Shown: positions 1 to 9,920 of the stretch, piece by piece
Position numbering within the stretch: the first letter of the stretch is position 1
How the letters are laid out: the number at the start of each line of letters is the position of its first letter
Virus record (IMG/VR): IMGVR_UViG_3300036939_000021
Coordinates: 1 to 64,000 of that record
Source of the DNA: a virus
Reading direction: 5' to 3' (one strand)
DNA length: 64,000 bases
Program-made: the position numbers and the translations under genes
Notes under the pieces: model-generated
What the model saw: the letters and a program-made list of their open reading frames with translations, nothing else
Database searches by the model: none
What the model was told of the DNA's origin: nothing

Positions 1-335
1 ATAATAAAAATCGTTTTACTGCTGCTCAACTTGAAGGTCAAATTTTGTTTGACTTGATTGATACTTTATTTACTGATGAAAAATTAGAGTGTTCTAAATA
101 TGGATTTAAAAAAGCTGAAGGATTACAAAAACGTATTCCATACAAGCTTTTTCGAGTTTTGCAATTATCTCATAATGGACAGCATCAAAAATTATCGTCA
201 AAATTTGAATATTTAGAACAATCTATTATTCTTAAAAAAGAATATAACTATTTTATGTGGTTGGAGTATGCACCCGATAAAGAACAACAACTCAAATCAT
301 ATCTTTTTGAATCAGAAGAATTAGTAAAAAACTAA
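1..335 (+). CDS. 5'-truncated protein; C-terminal domain paralogous to the C-terminus of KilA-N protein 39316-40317
   Basis: Frame is open from base 3. LIDTLFT..YGF..P.KL.RVL..WLEY.P.K..QL.SYLF is shared with the 39316 ORF. Confidence 0.75.
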   Translation, partial: NKNRFTAAQLEGQILFDLIDTLFTDEKLECSKYGFKKAEGLQKRIPYKLFRVLQLSHNGQHQKLSSKFEYLEQSIILKKEYNYFMWLEYAPDKEQQLKSYLFESEELVKN

Positions 336-402
336 TACCACTGGAATAATCGTTAAGACTCTGTGAATCGGGCACAGAGTCTTTTTTTTTTTTGAATATG
401 TC

Positions 403-431
403 TTGACATCTTAGATTTTTATAGTTAAAAT
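403..431 (+). promoter_or_regulatory. sigma70-type early promoter, first of about 25 copies of TTGACA(TCT)-N17-TAnnnT
   Basis: TTGACA 403-408 and TAAAAT 426-431. Other -35 boxes at 789, 1145, 1504, 3150, 3894, 4177, 5040, 5870, 6923, 9977, 10737 (TTGGCA), 11666, 14196, 17476, 20646, 21282, 23038, 26085 (TTGCCA), 26539, 36621, 37618, 38977, 42932, 47348, and minus strand 44822-44827. Confidence 0.85.
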
Positions 432-462
432 ATAGAAAGAGGTTTATACAAGAGAAGAAATA

Positions 463-780
463 ATGGATTATTTAAAATGTATTGGTAAAGTGATAGTTTT
501 TGAAATATGGGGTCTTTATGATGAGATTGATAGACAAGTAATAGCATCAACAATTAAATCAATAACAAAAACTAAAAATACTTATTATCTAAATATCGAA
601 TCTGCTCAAGTAAAAGGTTTACACGTTAAGGATGAAGGACAAATTAATTCTCTAGAAATTAAAGTAGATGTTAAATATATAATTGAAAATCCTTTAAGTA
701 CTTATGTTTCTCTATATGATTGGACTGATAACACAACTTATAATGCAACAATTCAAGGTAAAATTTTAGACATTTATTAA
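463..780 (+). CDS. hypothetical early protein
   Basis: ORF directly downstream of promoter 403. Confidence 0.7.
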   Translation: MDYLKCIGKVIVFEIWGLYDEIDRQVIASTIKSITKTKNTYYLNIESAQVKGLHVKDEGQINSLEIKVDVKYIIENPLSTYVSLYDWTDNTTYNATIQGKILDIY

Positions 781-1203
781 AAGATGCCTTGACATCTAGC
801 AAAATAAGCGTTAGTATTAAGAAATGGAAGAAAAAACGATTGTAAAAATTTCAGATCGCTGAGTAACCAGACTATCTAAATTAGTAACGACAGTTTTATT
901 ATTCCATGTGAAGGGTTTTCTGAAAATCTTGTTACAAGAAGTTTCTTTAAACCCTTCTCTTAAATTTTTTAGTAAAAGGAGATAGAAAACAAAACAGAAT
1001 GCTTTATTAAAGATGGACTTCTAGTCCTAGTTATGACAAATTATATGACCTAAATTATCAGAAGTTTTATCTCAGTTTTTTTAGCTACCCCTATCGACTT
1101 TTACGGTGTCTAACCTAAAGTCGATTTTTTTTTTTACAATAATATTGACATCTAGTAAAAATAGGCATATAGTATAGATGTAGGTAAAAAGGAAGATTAA
1201 AAA

Positions 1204-1425
1204 ATGAATGATTTAATGACCTGGGCGATGTTAAGTGCTATTGGTTTTATTCTGACAATTGTTCTTGTTGCTTTATTTGGATTACCAACAATGTTATTAT
1301 GGAATTATTTGATGCCTGGTCTTTTTGGATTACAAACAATTACTTTTAGTCAATCTGTCGCTTTAAATGCTTTATGTTCTATTTTATTTAAAAGTAATTT
1401 GAGTACTAATAGTAAAAAGGATTAA
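1204..1425 (+). CDS. small membrane protein (2 hydrophobic segments)
   Basis: Hydrophobic 73 aa with LLWNYLMPGLFGL..ITF.Q pattern; own promoter (1145) and terminator. Confidence 0.75.
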   Translation: MNDLMTWAMLSAIGFILTIVLVALFGLPTMLLWNYLMPGLFGLQTITFSQSVALNALCSILFKSNLSTNSKKD

Positions 1426-1462
1426 TAAGATATAATTCTCTAATGTTATTATCGTTTGTGAT

Positions 1463-1494
1463 TTTCCGACTTCCGTAGAGTCGGATTTTTTTTT
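1463..1494 (+). terminator. intrinsic terminator of the TCYGACTT..AGTCRGA family
   Basis: TCCGACT-loop-AGTCGGA followed by a T-run; relatives near 1093, 3110, 3841, 42891, 44103. Confidence 0.75.
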
Positions 1495-1562
1495 AATATT
1501 TTATTGACATCTAGCATTTTAAGACTTATACTAAAAGAGTAGTCAAGCAAACAACATTATTA

Positions 1563-1979
1563 ATGCAAGTCAAAATCAACAAAAACGGTAAATTTAGCAT
1601 CACTCAAATTTCTGATGTTGAACTTCATGATATCGCTAGTAAGTTACCCGACACCTATCATATTTTTAAACTTAAAATTCAGGTAGCTTTGGCTGAAGCT
1701 CAAGTACAGAAAGAGCAAGCACTAGATAAAGAATCAGATATCGTAGAGAGTACTGAAACAAATCAAGAAGAGGTAGAAAATATTGAAAAAGAATTATCGG
1801 AAGAAATTGAAGAAGATTTAACAACGTCAGTCAATAGCCTTAAATTTTTTGATGAGACTGAAGATGATTGGGATGAACCTGGTATTAATGATGAAGATGA
1901 AGAAGAAATGACCATATCTAATAATTCCAGTGATGAGTCTGAAAGTGAAGCTTATGCAGTGCCTGATAAGTTGTTTTAA
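1563..1979 (+). CDS. hypothetical protein with highly acidic C-terminal half
   Basis: D/E-rich tail; promoter at 1504. Confidence 0.75.
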   Translation: MQVKINKNGKFSITQISDVELHDIASKLPDTYHIFKLKIQVALAEAQVQKEQALDKESDIVESTETNQEEVENIEKELSEEIEEDLTTSVNSLKFFDETEDDWDEPGINDEDEEEMTISNNSSDESESEAYAVPDKLF

Positions 1980-2169
1980 AAGTTTAAATTAACTTTTCAA
2001 TAAAATTTAACCTCGGTATTAATATCAATACCGAGGTTATTTTGTGTTTAGATTTATTGTATATGCTAAAGAATATTGCTACAATAGGAGAAATCCCTAA
2101 GAGCGTTTTATCCAGGCACTCTTAGGGATCTAGTAAATGTGATGTCCAACTACTTATAGGTTAACCCAA

Positions 2170-3081
2170 ATGTTTGATTTTGACCAGTATCAACAGGATT
2201 CAATTGATAGCAAGTCTAATCCTTTAGATCGTCGTTTATTAGTAGGTTTTGAACAAGTTGGTGTAGAAATAGAGGTATTTGCTTTACCTGGATTTGAGAC
2301 TAATCCTAAAAGGTATCTTTTAAGTTTAAGAAGTACTGCTTTAGCCGTTAAAAGGAATCCAAATTCACTGTTAGGTTTTTTGGGGTCTATGACCTTCAAA
2401 CGTAAGCTGAGTCAAGCTTTTGACTGTACATCTTGGAAATCTTTACAATTTAAATCTACAGCATTCAATGATACTTTCTCTGGTATACCTGGATGGTTAG
2501 CTTTATGGTTTTGGCGTCAACAAGATAAGCTTGGTAATGAAATAGCAGGACAGATAATAGACGTTCTAATAGAATCAAAACTAGATGATTTAGCTTCTGA
2601 TTCCTTTCAAATTATCCGAACACCAGAGCAACGAGTACAAAATTTTACGACAACCTGGCAGCAGTACAGAGATAATACTAAAGCAGGTTTTAAAAAACTT
2701 CGGACATTCTTTCAGCAAAAATACACTCATTACTACTTGCAATACCCTAATAATTCTTTTATTCGGCAAAATATAACAAGTTTGATAAAACGTGATGTAA
2801 ACGGCGTACTTAAAGAGATTTGTGCAACAATCGTCTACCGTCTAACTAATTTGTACCCAATACAAATTTATGAAGTTTTAAAACTTGACGATGATACGGT
2901 AGACGAATTAAAGCTTCGTGATTGGTACTCAACAGAGCTTCTAGAAGCCATTGACAATATTCAAGAAGCCTTGTTTAAAGCACTCCTAGATGATTCCGGT
3001 GTTGACCCTATAATCCAAGTTTCTTTAATCATTGATCAGATAGGTTATGCAAGTTCGATGGATTGGAGAAAGGAAAAATAA
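2170..3081 (+). CDS. putative phage antirepressor-like DNA-binding protein
   Basis: YLLSLRSTA..FW....GN..A pattern resembles cyanobacterial phage-regulator N-termini; preceded by TGCTACAAT and a leader hairpin (CCCTAAGAG..CTCTTAGGG). Confidence 0.45.
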   Translation: MFDFDQYQQDSIDSKSNPLDRRLLVGFEQVGVEIEVFALPGFETNPKRYLLSLRSTALAVKRNPNSLLGFLGSMTFKRKLSQAFDCTSWKSLQFKSTAFNDTFSGIPGWLALWFWRQQDKLGNEIAGQIIDVLIESKLDDLASDSFQIIRTPEQRVQNFTTTWQQYRDNTKAGFKKLRTFFQQKYTHYYLQYPNNSFIRQNITSLIKRDVNGVLKEICATIVYRLTNLYPIQIYEVLKLDDDTVDELKLRDWYSTELLEAIDNIQEALFKALLDDSGVDPIIQVSLIIDQIGYASSMDWRKEK

Positions 3082-3206
3082 AGAACACCCAATGGAATAA
3101 TAATTATATTTCCGGCTCTTATACAGTCGGATTTTTTTTTACAAAATTCTTGACATCTTATAAAAATAAGCATATATTAGAGAAGTAGTATTATAAAACA
3201 ACAAAA

Positions 3207-3809
3207 ATGCTTTTAAACGGTTATCTCGTAAGAATTCCAGAAGGTCAAGAAGATTCTCGTGGTTATGTCGGTTTAAAACATAATCAAAAGTACAAAATTG
3301 CCTTAAGAAATGGTAATGCTACTCGTTGCAATGTTTCTATAAAAATTGATGGAAAAAATCAAGGCACATGGAGAATGGAAGCTTATGATAATGCTGTATT
3401 AGAACGTCCTGCACATGATCAAGGTTGTTTTACTTTTTATAAATTGAATAGTTCGGAAGCACAAAAAGTACAACTACAAGATGATTCAAGTCTAGGTTTA
3501 GTTGAAGTAATTTTTATACCTGAAATGAGATATCCGGTAGCTAATGATCTCAGTGTTTTAGAAGCTTATGGGACTCGATCAGGATCTAAAAGCATTAGTT
3601 ATAGTTCTGAACGTAGTGCTAGAAACTTTAGTGCTGGTGGAACTGGTTTATCTGGATGGAGCCAACAAAATTTTGGTCAAGCATCGGAGATGCCTTTAGA
3701 TAAAAGTAAAACAACGACTATTTATTTAAGGCTAGTTTGTATCAAAGATAATACAGATGAACCAAGACCACTAACAAATCATACTTCACCGATTCCACCT
3801 AGAATTTAA
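3207..3809 (+). CDS. hypothetical protein (predicted beta-rich)
   Basis: Intact 200 aa ORF with its own promoter and terminator. Confidence 0.75.
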   Translation: MLLNGYLVRIPEGQEDSRGYVGLKHNQKYKIALRNGNATRCNVSIKIDGKNQGTWRMEAYDNAVLERPAHDQGCFTFYKLNSSEAQKVQLQDDSSLGLVEVIFIPEMRYPVANDLSVLEAYGTRSGSKSISYSSERSARNFSAGGTGLSGWSQQNFGQASEMPLDKSKTTTIYLRLVCIKDNTDEPRPLTNHTSPIPPRI

Positions 3810-3873
3810 GGATAAACAACCAATAAAATAATAATCATATTTCCGACTTTAACTAAGCCGGATTTTTTTTTAC

Positions 3874-4211
3874 AAAATTTTTACTATATGTTCTTGACAT
3901 CTTATAATTTTATTGCCATAATATAGGAATAACTTGAAATCAAAATAAAGATGAATACTCCTAAAACAGTAAAAGGTATTTGGATTTTCGATAATTCTTT
4001 ATGCCGTCATATTTTTTTAACAAAGGATGGTAAAAAATATTCTACAGATTACAGAAGAACAAATTTTACCGATACAGAGATTTTAGTAATTTGTTATAAG
4101 ATTCGAGTACTCTCTTTGATATTAGATGGTACAGAATATTTTGAAGAAGAAAATTAAAAATTTTTACTATATGTTCTTGACATCTCATAATTTAATTGCC
4201 ATAATATAGGA
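3874..4211 (+). repeat. 55-bp direct repeat containing a promoter (3874-3928 / 4157-4211) flanking ORF 3951-4157
   Basis: AAAATTTTTACTATATGTTCTTGACATCT.ATAATTT.ATTGCCATAATATAGGA, 2 mismatches. Confidence 0.9.
3951..4157 (+). CDS. hypothetical early protein
   Basis: ORF between duplicated promoters. Confidence 0.65.
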   Translation: MNTPKTVKGIWIFDNSLCRHIFLTKDGKKYSTDYRRTNFTDTEILVICYKIRVLSLILDGTEYFEEEN

Positions 4212-4233
4212 GTAGCTAAGGAATCGAACGAAA

Positions 4234-4614
4234 ATGACTTTACGTAATCTGGCTCTAAAACTTTTCGCTAAAGTCTACGGTCTAAAAAATGCTTCAACAT
4301 ATCTTGTTAAAAAGCAGTTTCCTAAGTTTCGGGCTTCTATTCGTGAGCATTGGGAATTTTTAGTTTTAAAGTTACTCGGTATCTATAAAGAAAAACAACA
4401 GCAACAGCAAACCAAAGTAGAGCCAAAACAAGATTTGAGTAAATTAACAGATTTTCAATTACAGAGTCTTGCTATAAAGAACGGTATTAATCCTCAACAA
4501 CCAAGATTTAAGCTTTTAAATGCTTTAGGCTATAATCCCGAACCGCCTAAAAATAATATTAGTCCTACAATACGGCGAGGTAAGAGCATACCTCAATGGA
4601 ACGGTAAACTTTAA
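4234..4614 (+). CDS. hypothetical protein with Rho-N/HeH-like helical motif
   Basis: LSKLTDFQLQSLAIKNGI..RFKLLNAL. Confidence 0.6.
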   Translation: MTLRNLALKLFAKVYGLKNASTYLVKKQFPKFRASIREHWEFLVLKLLGIYKEKQQQQQTKVEPKQDLSKLTDFQLQSLAIKNGINPQQPRFKLLNALGYNPEPPKNNISPTIRRGKSIPQWNGKL

Positions 4615-4685
4615 AAATTTTAATTATTCCAGTGGTGCATCTACCACAATCCCTACACATTTATTGAAGTTCAAAAGTAACTGAG

Positions 4686-4817
4686 ATGCAACCACACAGA
4701 ATAATTGTCAAAGACTCAGGAGTAACATTGGGTAATATTAACGTGCCTCATCAAGAAGCCGTGAAAGTCAACAAAGATCAGGATAAACCTTTTAGATTGT
4801 CAAAAAAAGTAGATTAA
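4686..4817 (+). CDS. small hypothetical protein (43 aa; below ORF-track cutoff)
   Basis: Manual translation MQPHRIIVKDSG...SKKVD. Confidence 0.5.
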   Translation: MQPHRIIVKDSGVTLGNINVPHQEAVKVNKDQDKPFRLSKKVD

Positions 4818-4830
4818 TGAGAATCAACAA

Positions 4831-4968
4831 ATGTCTAACTACGATCACTTACGAGATGCTATAGCACAAGCTATTGAAAACTGTGATTTTCAAGGTGCGG
4901 CAGAGTTGGCAGAAAACTTAGAAGAACTTGAACGATTAGAGAAAGAGGCAGAAAACGACAAAGAGTAA
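4831..4968 (+). CDS. 45-aa UVR (UvrB/UvrC-motif)-like mini-protein
   Basis: Manual translation LRDAIAQAIENCDFQGAAELAENLEELE. Confidence 0.6.
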   Translation: MSNYDHLRDAIAQAIENCDFQGAAELAENLEELERLEKEAENDKE

Positions 4969-5095
4969 ACAAATAAAGGGAATAATACTCATATCTCCCG
5001 TAGTCTCTCTAACCGCTACGGGATTTTTATTAACTGTTGTTGACATATAGTAATTTTATTAGTATAATGGAGAGGCAGTTAAAGAGTAATTAAAT

Positions 5096-5816
5096 ATGAA
5101 TTCTGATGATAGTAAATTTTATGAAGGAAATCCATGTAAAAAATGTCAACAAACTTTAAAATATAAATCTTGCAGAGGTTGTGTTAATTGTCATAGAGTG
5201 CCTAAAGACTTATTAAAAAACCGAGTAAAAAAAACCACGTAATTATAAGGAAGAGTATCAAAAATATAAAGAAAGAAATGAAATCACAGGAAAAATTTAT
5301 CGAGAAGTAAATAAAGAAAAATTATCACAAAAGAAAAAAGAATACTATAAAAACAATAAAGAAAAGATTCAACAAAGAAATAAAAATAATTGGGAAAAAC
5401 ATAGAGAAAAATATTTAAAAACCTCTAAAAACTATCGTGAAAAAAATCATGAGCAAATTATAAAGAAGAGACGGTCGCATTATCAAAGAGATAAACAAAA
5501 TTATAGAGTACGTCAATATAAAAGACGGCATGGATTACTAGGTACGGCTAAAGAATTTTATACTAAAAACGATGTTAAAAATTATTTTAAAAATTTTGAC
5601 AGTAAATGTGTGTATTGTGGCACACATGAAAAGATAACTATTGATCATTTTATTCCTTTAGTTTCTGGTGGTGATGATATCTTAAAAAATTTAGTACCTG
5701 CTTGTTATACCTGTAATGCATCAAAAAGACATAGTAATCCTATACAGTGGATGTTACAGAAAAAGTTAGATGAACAATATATTTTAGATTTATTAGACAT
5801 AATATATTGTCACTAA
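5096..5816 (+). pseudogene. HNH endonuclease split by a frameshift in an A8 run (5227-5234)
   Basis: The N-terminal CxxC part stops at 5242; the other frame is open from about 5229 through CVYCG..TIDHFIPL..GG..N...AC..CN..K. Confidence 0.8.
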
Positions 5817-5932
5817 TTTTTAAGCTATCTATAAGGTAGCTTTTTTATTAGAAAATTTTCAATAATAGCTTGACATCTAGTATTTTTATTATTAAAATTA
5901 AGAAAAGCTCGAAAATAAAGGAAATCAAGAAA

Positions 5933-6844
5933 ATGGCTAAAGATAGAAAAGATTCTGGAATGTCTTCAATAGCTAATCGCATATCTGCTTATGCTGTACC
6001 TGTTGATAACATTGTATTTCAAGAAGGATTTTTACAACGAGATGAGATAAACCCTGAAAAAGTTCAAGAAATTAAGCAACAGATTATTGAGCATATTATT
6101 ACAACAAAAAATCAACATCCAAAACCATATGGAATTCACACTCCTATTACTGGTTTTTACATGGATGGAAAATTTCAATTGAATCACGGACATCATCGAC
6201 TAAGCGCTGTCAGAGAATTAAAAAATGATGGCACTTTGGATCGCTTAGTAGCTGAAGGTAAAATCGATGTTGATGATGTTGAACGTATTATCAATATTCC
6301 GGCTACTCGTGTAGCACCTCCAATCGGTAAGACTGAAGAAGAAACAAAACGAGCTGAAGCCTTATTATATCTACGACAAATTGTAGATAATTCCGGTCAG
6401 AATTATAAGCCGTTAGAATGTGCAAGAATTTGTCAATTGGTCGAGACTAAATACGATATGTCTCAAGCTGAGATTGCAAATTTTCTTGGAAAATCTGTTA
6501 GTCAGATCAGTTCTTGGCTAAAGCTCATGGATATGCCTACAGAAATTCAAGAAACAATTTCAGACGGTTCTGTTGCGGCTAGTTACGCTAATGAACTTGT
6601 AAGAGAAGTTGGGCTTGAAAAGGCAACCCAATACTTATTATCAGCGGTAGAGAAAGCTAAAAAAGAAGGAAAGAAAAAAGTCACAAAAAAAGATGTAGAA
6701 GAAGAGATAGGAAAAGCAAAACCTACTAAAAAAGAAATTCGTAATTTGCTTCTAACAATGGAGCGTCAAGATATGGATGGAGGAGTGTCTCAAATACCCA
6801 CAGAAGCTTTAGAGAAGCTTCTAGCTTATGTGGATGTGGTATAA
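5933..6844 (+). CDS. ParB/Spo0J-like protein (ParB-N domain + HTH)
   Basis: GHHRL ParB box; MSQAEIANFLGKSVSQISSWL HTH. ATG 5933 preferred because the TTG at 5870 is the -35 box. Confidence 0.8.
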   Translation: MAKDRKDSGMSSIANRISAYAVPVDNIVFQEGFLQRDEINPEKVQEIKQQIIEHIITTKNQHPKPYGIHTPITGFYMDGKFQLNHGHHRLSAVRELKNDGTLDRLVAEGKIDVDDVERIINIPATRVAPPIGKTEEETKRAEALLYLRQIVDNSGQNYKPLECARICQLVETKYDMSQAEIANFLGKSVSQISSWLKLMDMPTEIQETISDGSVAASYANELVREVGLEKATQYLLSAVEKAKKEGKKKVTKKDVEEEIGKAKPTKKEIRNLLLTMERQDMDGGVSQIPTEALEKLLAYVDVV

Positions 6845-6982
6845 ATTCAGTAAGTAGGAAAGACAGTTTGTAACATCCCTGGAGTCTTGATTATTCCAGG
6901 GATTTTTATTTTTAATATTGTATTGACATATAGTATTTTTGCAATTATACTAGAGAAGTCGGTAACAAAAAAAATCTAAATC

Positions 6983-7327
6983 ATGAAATCAGAGAATTTT
7001 GCGTATTGGCTCCAAGGTTTATTTGAATTAGCTAATCCACAAACCTTGAGTAATCATCAGATTAAGCTTATCAAGAATCATTTAAATATGGTGAAAATAC
7101 ATGAAAAACAACTTAGTAAGTTTTGTGAATGGTTAAGTGATATTTTAGAGTTTTATTTTCTTGGAGAGTTGACAGAGCATCAGACTAGCTTAATAAAGAA
7201 AAAGCTAGCACAAGAATTTATTCATGTAATCGATCCAGCATTACCTGATGATCAGCAGCAAGCTTTAACACAAGCACATTATTCCGATATAGATGATATA
7301 TTCCCTGAACCGGGTATGAAGTGCTAA
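6983..7327 (+). CDS. hypothetical phage protein with internal helical duplication
   Basis: FAYWLQGLFE..L...QI.LIK.HL repeated as FCEWL....E..L...QT.LIKKKL. Confidence 0.75.
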   Translation: MKSENFAYWLQGLFELANPQTLSNHQIKLIKNHLNMVKIHEKQLSKFCEWLSDILEFYFLGELTEHQTSLIKKKLAQEFIHVIDPALPDDQQQALTQAHYSDIDDIFPEPGMKC

Positions 7328-7335
7328 AAGCATAA

Positions 7336-7375
7336 AGAACCTACGGAATAATTAATATTATTCCGTAGGTTCTTT
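7336..7375. terminator. terminator hairpin built on an inverted GGAATMAT pair
   Basis: AAGAACCTACGGAATAAT-taat-ATTATTCCGTAGGTTCTT; same design near 9281-9320, 10673-10708, 14114-14166, 15183-15230, 26468-26490, 27122-27164. Confidence 0.8.
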
Positions 7376-7408
7376 ATTAAAAATACTTACAATATTATTC
7401 TAAAAATA

Positions 7409-7909
7409 ATGACAAACTTTAATCGATCTCTGCCAATTATTCAAGGAATATCAGAAAGAATTTACAAACAAACTCCAACACCCATTAATGCTGAAGATTG
7501 CCAGCGTCTAATTAGAGAATTCCGTAATGTTAGTACCGATATTGCTTATCAATTGCAACTTAGAGATAAAGAAGCTGAAGGATATTATCAATGGAAAAAG
7601 ACAGCGCTACATAAACAGCGTATTAAACTAGCGCAAATTACAATTTTACAAGCTTGGTATGCCGAATATTGTAATGAGAATAAAACAAAAAATCAGCAAT
7701 TACAAAAAGAATTAAATAGTTTTGGTATTCAACTTATTACAGATTTAGATGAGGATAATGTAAGCGCTGGTCAAATTAAACGAGAGCTTAAGTGGTTACG
7801 TAGTTGTGTAGGTGCTTTGTATGATGTTGTTTTGAATGATGAATTAGATGATGAAGATGTACGCGAAAAACTAGAAAAATTGGCTGATGCTTTGAATTGG
7901 AGAGAATAA
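7409..7909 (+). CDS. coiled-coil hypothetical protein, C-terminus altered by tnpB insertion
   Basis: Removing 7897-9157 rejoins the frame to NEISSGIVRISEVTKS* (stop 9204-9206). Confidence 0.7.
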   Translation: MTNFNRSLPIIQGISERIYKQTPTPINAEDCQRLIREFRNVSTDIAYQLQLRDKEAEGYYQWKKTALHKQRIKLAQITILQAWYAEYCNENKTKNQQLQKELNSFGIQLITDLDEDNVSAGQIKRELKWLRSCVGALYDVVLNDELDDEDVREKLEKLADALNWRE

Positions 7910-9157
7910 GTGAAACGAAAAGGAGGCAAAAAACAATGCTGGTTCTCGAATATAAAATCAAAGGCAAGCCACAGCAATACAAAGCTATTGATGAAGCTAT
8001 CCGAACAGTGCAGTTCATTCGAAATAAAGCCATTCGCTATTGGATGGATGCACCCAAAGACGCCAAAATCAATCGGTTTACCTTGAATAAATATTCGACC
8101 GATCTACGCAACGAGTTCTCCTTTGTCAAAGATCTTAACTCAATGGCGGTGCAAGCTGCTGCCGAACGTGGGTGGCTTGCAATTTCTCGGTTTTACGACA
8201 ATTGTAAGTCCAAAAAATCAGGTAAAAAAGGTTTTCCTCGCTTCCAGAAAGACAACCGCTCAGTAGAGTACAAAACAAGCGGATGGTCGCTTCATCCTAC
8301 AAAGCGACGGATTATCATCACCGATAAAAAGGGGATTGGTGAACTCAAGCTTTTGGGTAAGTGGGATATTCATCAATATCCTGTAAAGTCCATTAAGCGA
8401 GTTCGTTTAGTCCGTCGTGCCGATGGATATTACTGTCAGTTTGCTGTTGATGTTGACTGCATTAATATTCAGCCAAAAACAGGTCAAGAAATTGGATTAG
8501 ACGTAGGACTAGAATCGTTTTACACAGATTCAAACGGACATCAAGAGCCTAATCCAAAGTTCTTGAAAAAAGCTGAATCTAATATAAAACAGACTCAACG
8601 TCGCATCTACAAAAAAGTTAAAGGTTCAACAAGACGCCGTAAGGCAAGAGCTAGATATTCCAAGAAACACTTGAGAGTAAATAGGCAACGTACCGAACAC
8701 GCTAAGAGACTAGCGCGTCACGTTTGCAAGTCTAATGACTTAGTAGCCTATGAAGACTTAAGGGTAGCGAATTTGCTTAAAAACCACTGTTTAGCTAAGT
8801 CAATTTCTGATGCTAGCTGGTATCAGTTCAGGCAGTGGATAGAGTATTTTGCTACTAAGTTTGGAAGATTAGCTGTTGCCGTTCCACCCCAGTACACCTC
8901 TCAGGAGTGCAGTCAGTGTAAGGCGATAGTCAAAAAATCCCTTAGCACTAGAACTCACGTTTGCTCGTGTGGATTAATTCTGCAAAGAGACTGGAATGCG
9001 GCAATCAATATTTTGCGTAAGGCAAAATCTAGGGGAGGGCATCCCCAAAGTAACGCTAACGGAGTTGGAGCCTCTACGCTACTTGGGGAAACCCTGGTAG
9101 AGCAAGTTCTGACGATGAAGTTAGAATCCCACCCGCTTTAAGCCGTGGGAGTGTCAA
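7897..9157 (+). mobile_element. IS200/IS605-family tnpB-only element
   Basis: Inserted after TTGAA (7892-7896); right end hairpin TCCCAC..GTGGGA followed by GTGTCAA (ends 9157); higher GC than the flanks. Confidence 0.85.
7936..9141 (+). CDS. tnpB: RNA-guided endonuclease TnpB
   Basis: IGLDVG (RuvC-I), YEDL (RuvC-II), CxxC..CxC zinc finger, RDWNAAINIL (RuvC-III); AGGAGG RBS at 7921. Confidence 0.95.
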   Translation: MLVLEYKIKGKPQQYKAIDEAIRTVQFIRNKAIRYWMDAPKDAKINRFTLNKYSTDLRNEFSFVKDLNSMAVQAAAERGWLAISRFYDNCKSKKSGKKGFPRFQKDNRSVEYKTSGWSLHPTKRRIIITDKKGIGELKLLGKWDIHQYPVKSIKRVRLVRRADGYYCQFAVDVDCINIQPKTGQEIGLDVGLESFYTDSNGHQEPNPKFLKKAESNIKQTQRRIYKKVKGSTRRRKARARYSKKHLRVNRQRTEHAKRLARHVCKSNDLVAYEDLRVANLLKNHCLAKSISDASWYQFRQWIEYFATKFGRLAVAVPPQYTSQECSQCKAIVKKSLSTRTHVCSCGLILQRDWNAAINILRKAKSRGGHPQSNANGVGASTLLGETLVEQVLTMKLESHPL

Positions 9158-9332
9158 TGAAATATCCTCTGGCATCGTTAGGATTTCAGAGGTTACGAAA
9201 TCATAAACGAAATTCAAAAGCTCTTTTAGTTGGTCAAACTAAATTAGCTTTAAAGAAGGCTTAAAAATCTTTAAAGAAAAAACACCTTATGGAATCATAA
9301 AGATTATTCCATAGGGTGTTCTGCTATCACTC

Positions 9333-9920
9333 ATGAATTATAATTATAAAATTCTTATACCCAATTTACAAATGCCACAACTTAAATTAGACGTACCTTA
9401 TTACTCACAGCTCAATAATGACACAAATTATTTTGGTGCTGGATGGCGTCAATGTAATGTAACTTCTAATGCAATGGCTCTAGCTTTTCTAGTAAAAGAT
9501 TTTGAGGAGCGTTCGAGAAAGAATGAATTTAACGAACCGGAGTCTTATCTAGCTTCAAAGTGGAATATTTACGGGGATACTACTAATCATCAAGCTGGTA
9601 CTAAAGCACTAAATAATCACTTTAATCTTAGATCTGAATGGCGATACGACTTAAGTAAGAGACGAGTACAAGACTTATTGAGTAATGGTAAGCCTGTACC
9701 TATGGGTGTAGCTTATAAGCATTCTGGGCATATTATATGTGTTGTAGGGTATGACGATAAAGGGTTTTTTGTACATGACCCTTATGGAATAAGAGATGGT
9801 GCTAACGATGTTTATACTGTTGGAGCTAATGGAGCTTACGATCATTTCTCTTGGTCTTTGTGTGACCAAGTGATATTTGATGGTGGTATTAACTCAGCTT
9901 GGGGTAGAGTTTTTTATTAG
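9333..9920 (+). CDS. C39-like cysteine peptidase, probable endolysin (start may be 9372)
   Basis: LDVPYYSQ..QCNVTS..GHIICVVGYD..VHDPYG (Cys-His-Asp). Confidence 0.85.
   Translation: MNYNYKILIPNLQMPQLKLDVPYYSQLNNDTNYFGAGWRQCNVTSNAMALAFLVKDFEERSRKNEFNEPESYLASKWNIYGDTTNHQAGTKALNNHFNLRSEWRYDLSKRRVQDLLSNGKPVPMGVAYKHSGHIICVVGYDDKGFFVHDPYGIRDGANDVYTVGANGAYDHFSWSLCDQVIFDGGINSAWGRVFY

Noticed and set aside
4633-4693. Inverted repeat GGTGCATCT..AGATGCAACC as a MITE or dif-like site
   Set aside because: The right arm is the start of ORF 4686, and other GCATCTACT copies have no partner arm.
5870-5932. TTG start for the ParB-like gene
   Set aside because: That TTG is the -35 box; ATG 5933 has an RBS.
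7897-9157. IStron (group I intron + IS)
   Set aside because: Only about 40 nt precede tnpB, too short for a ribozyme core.
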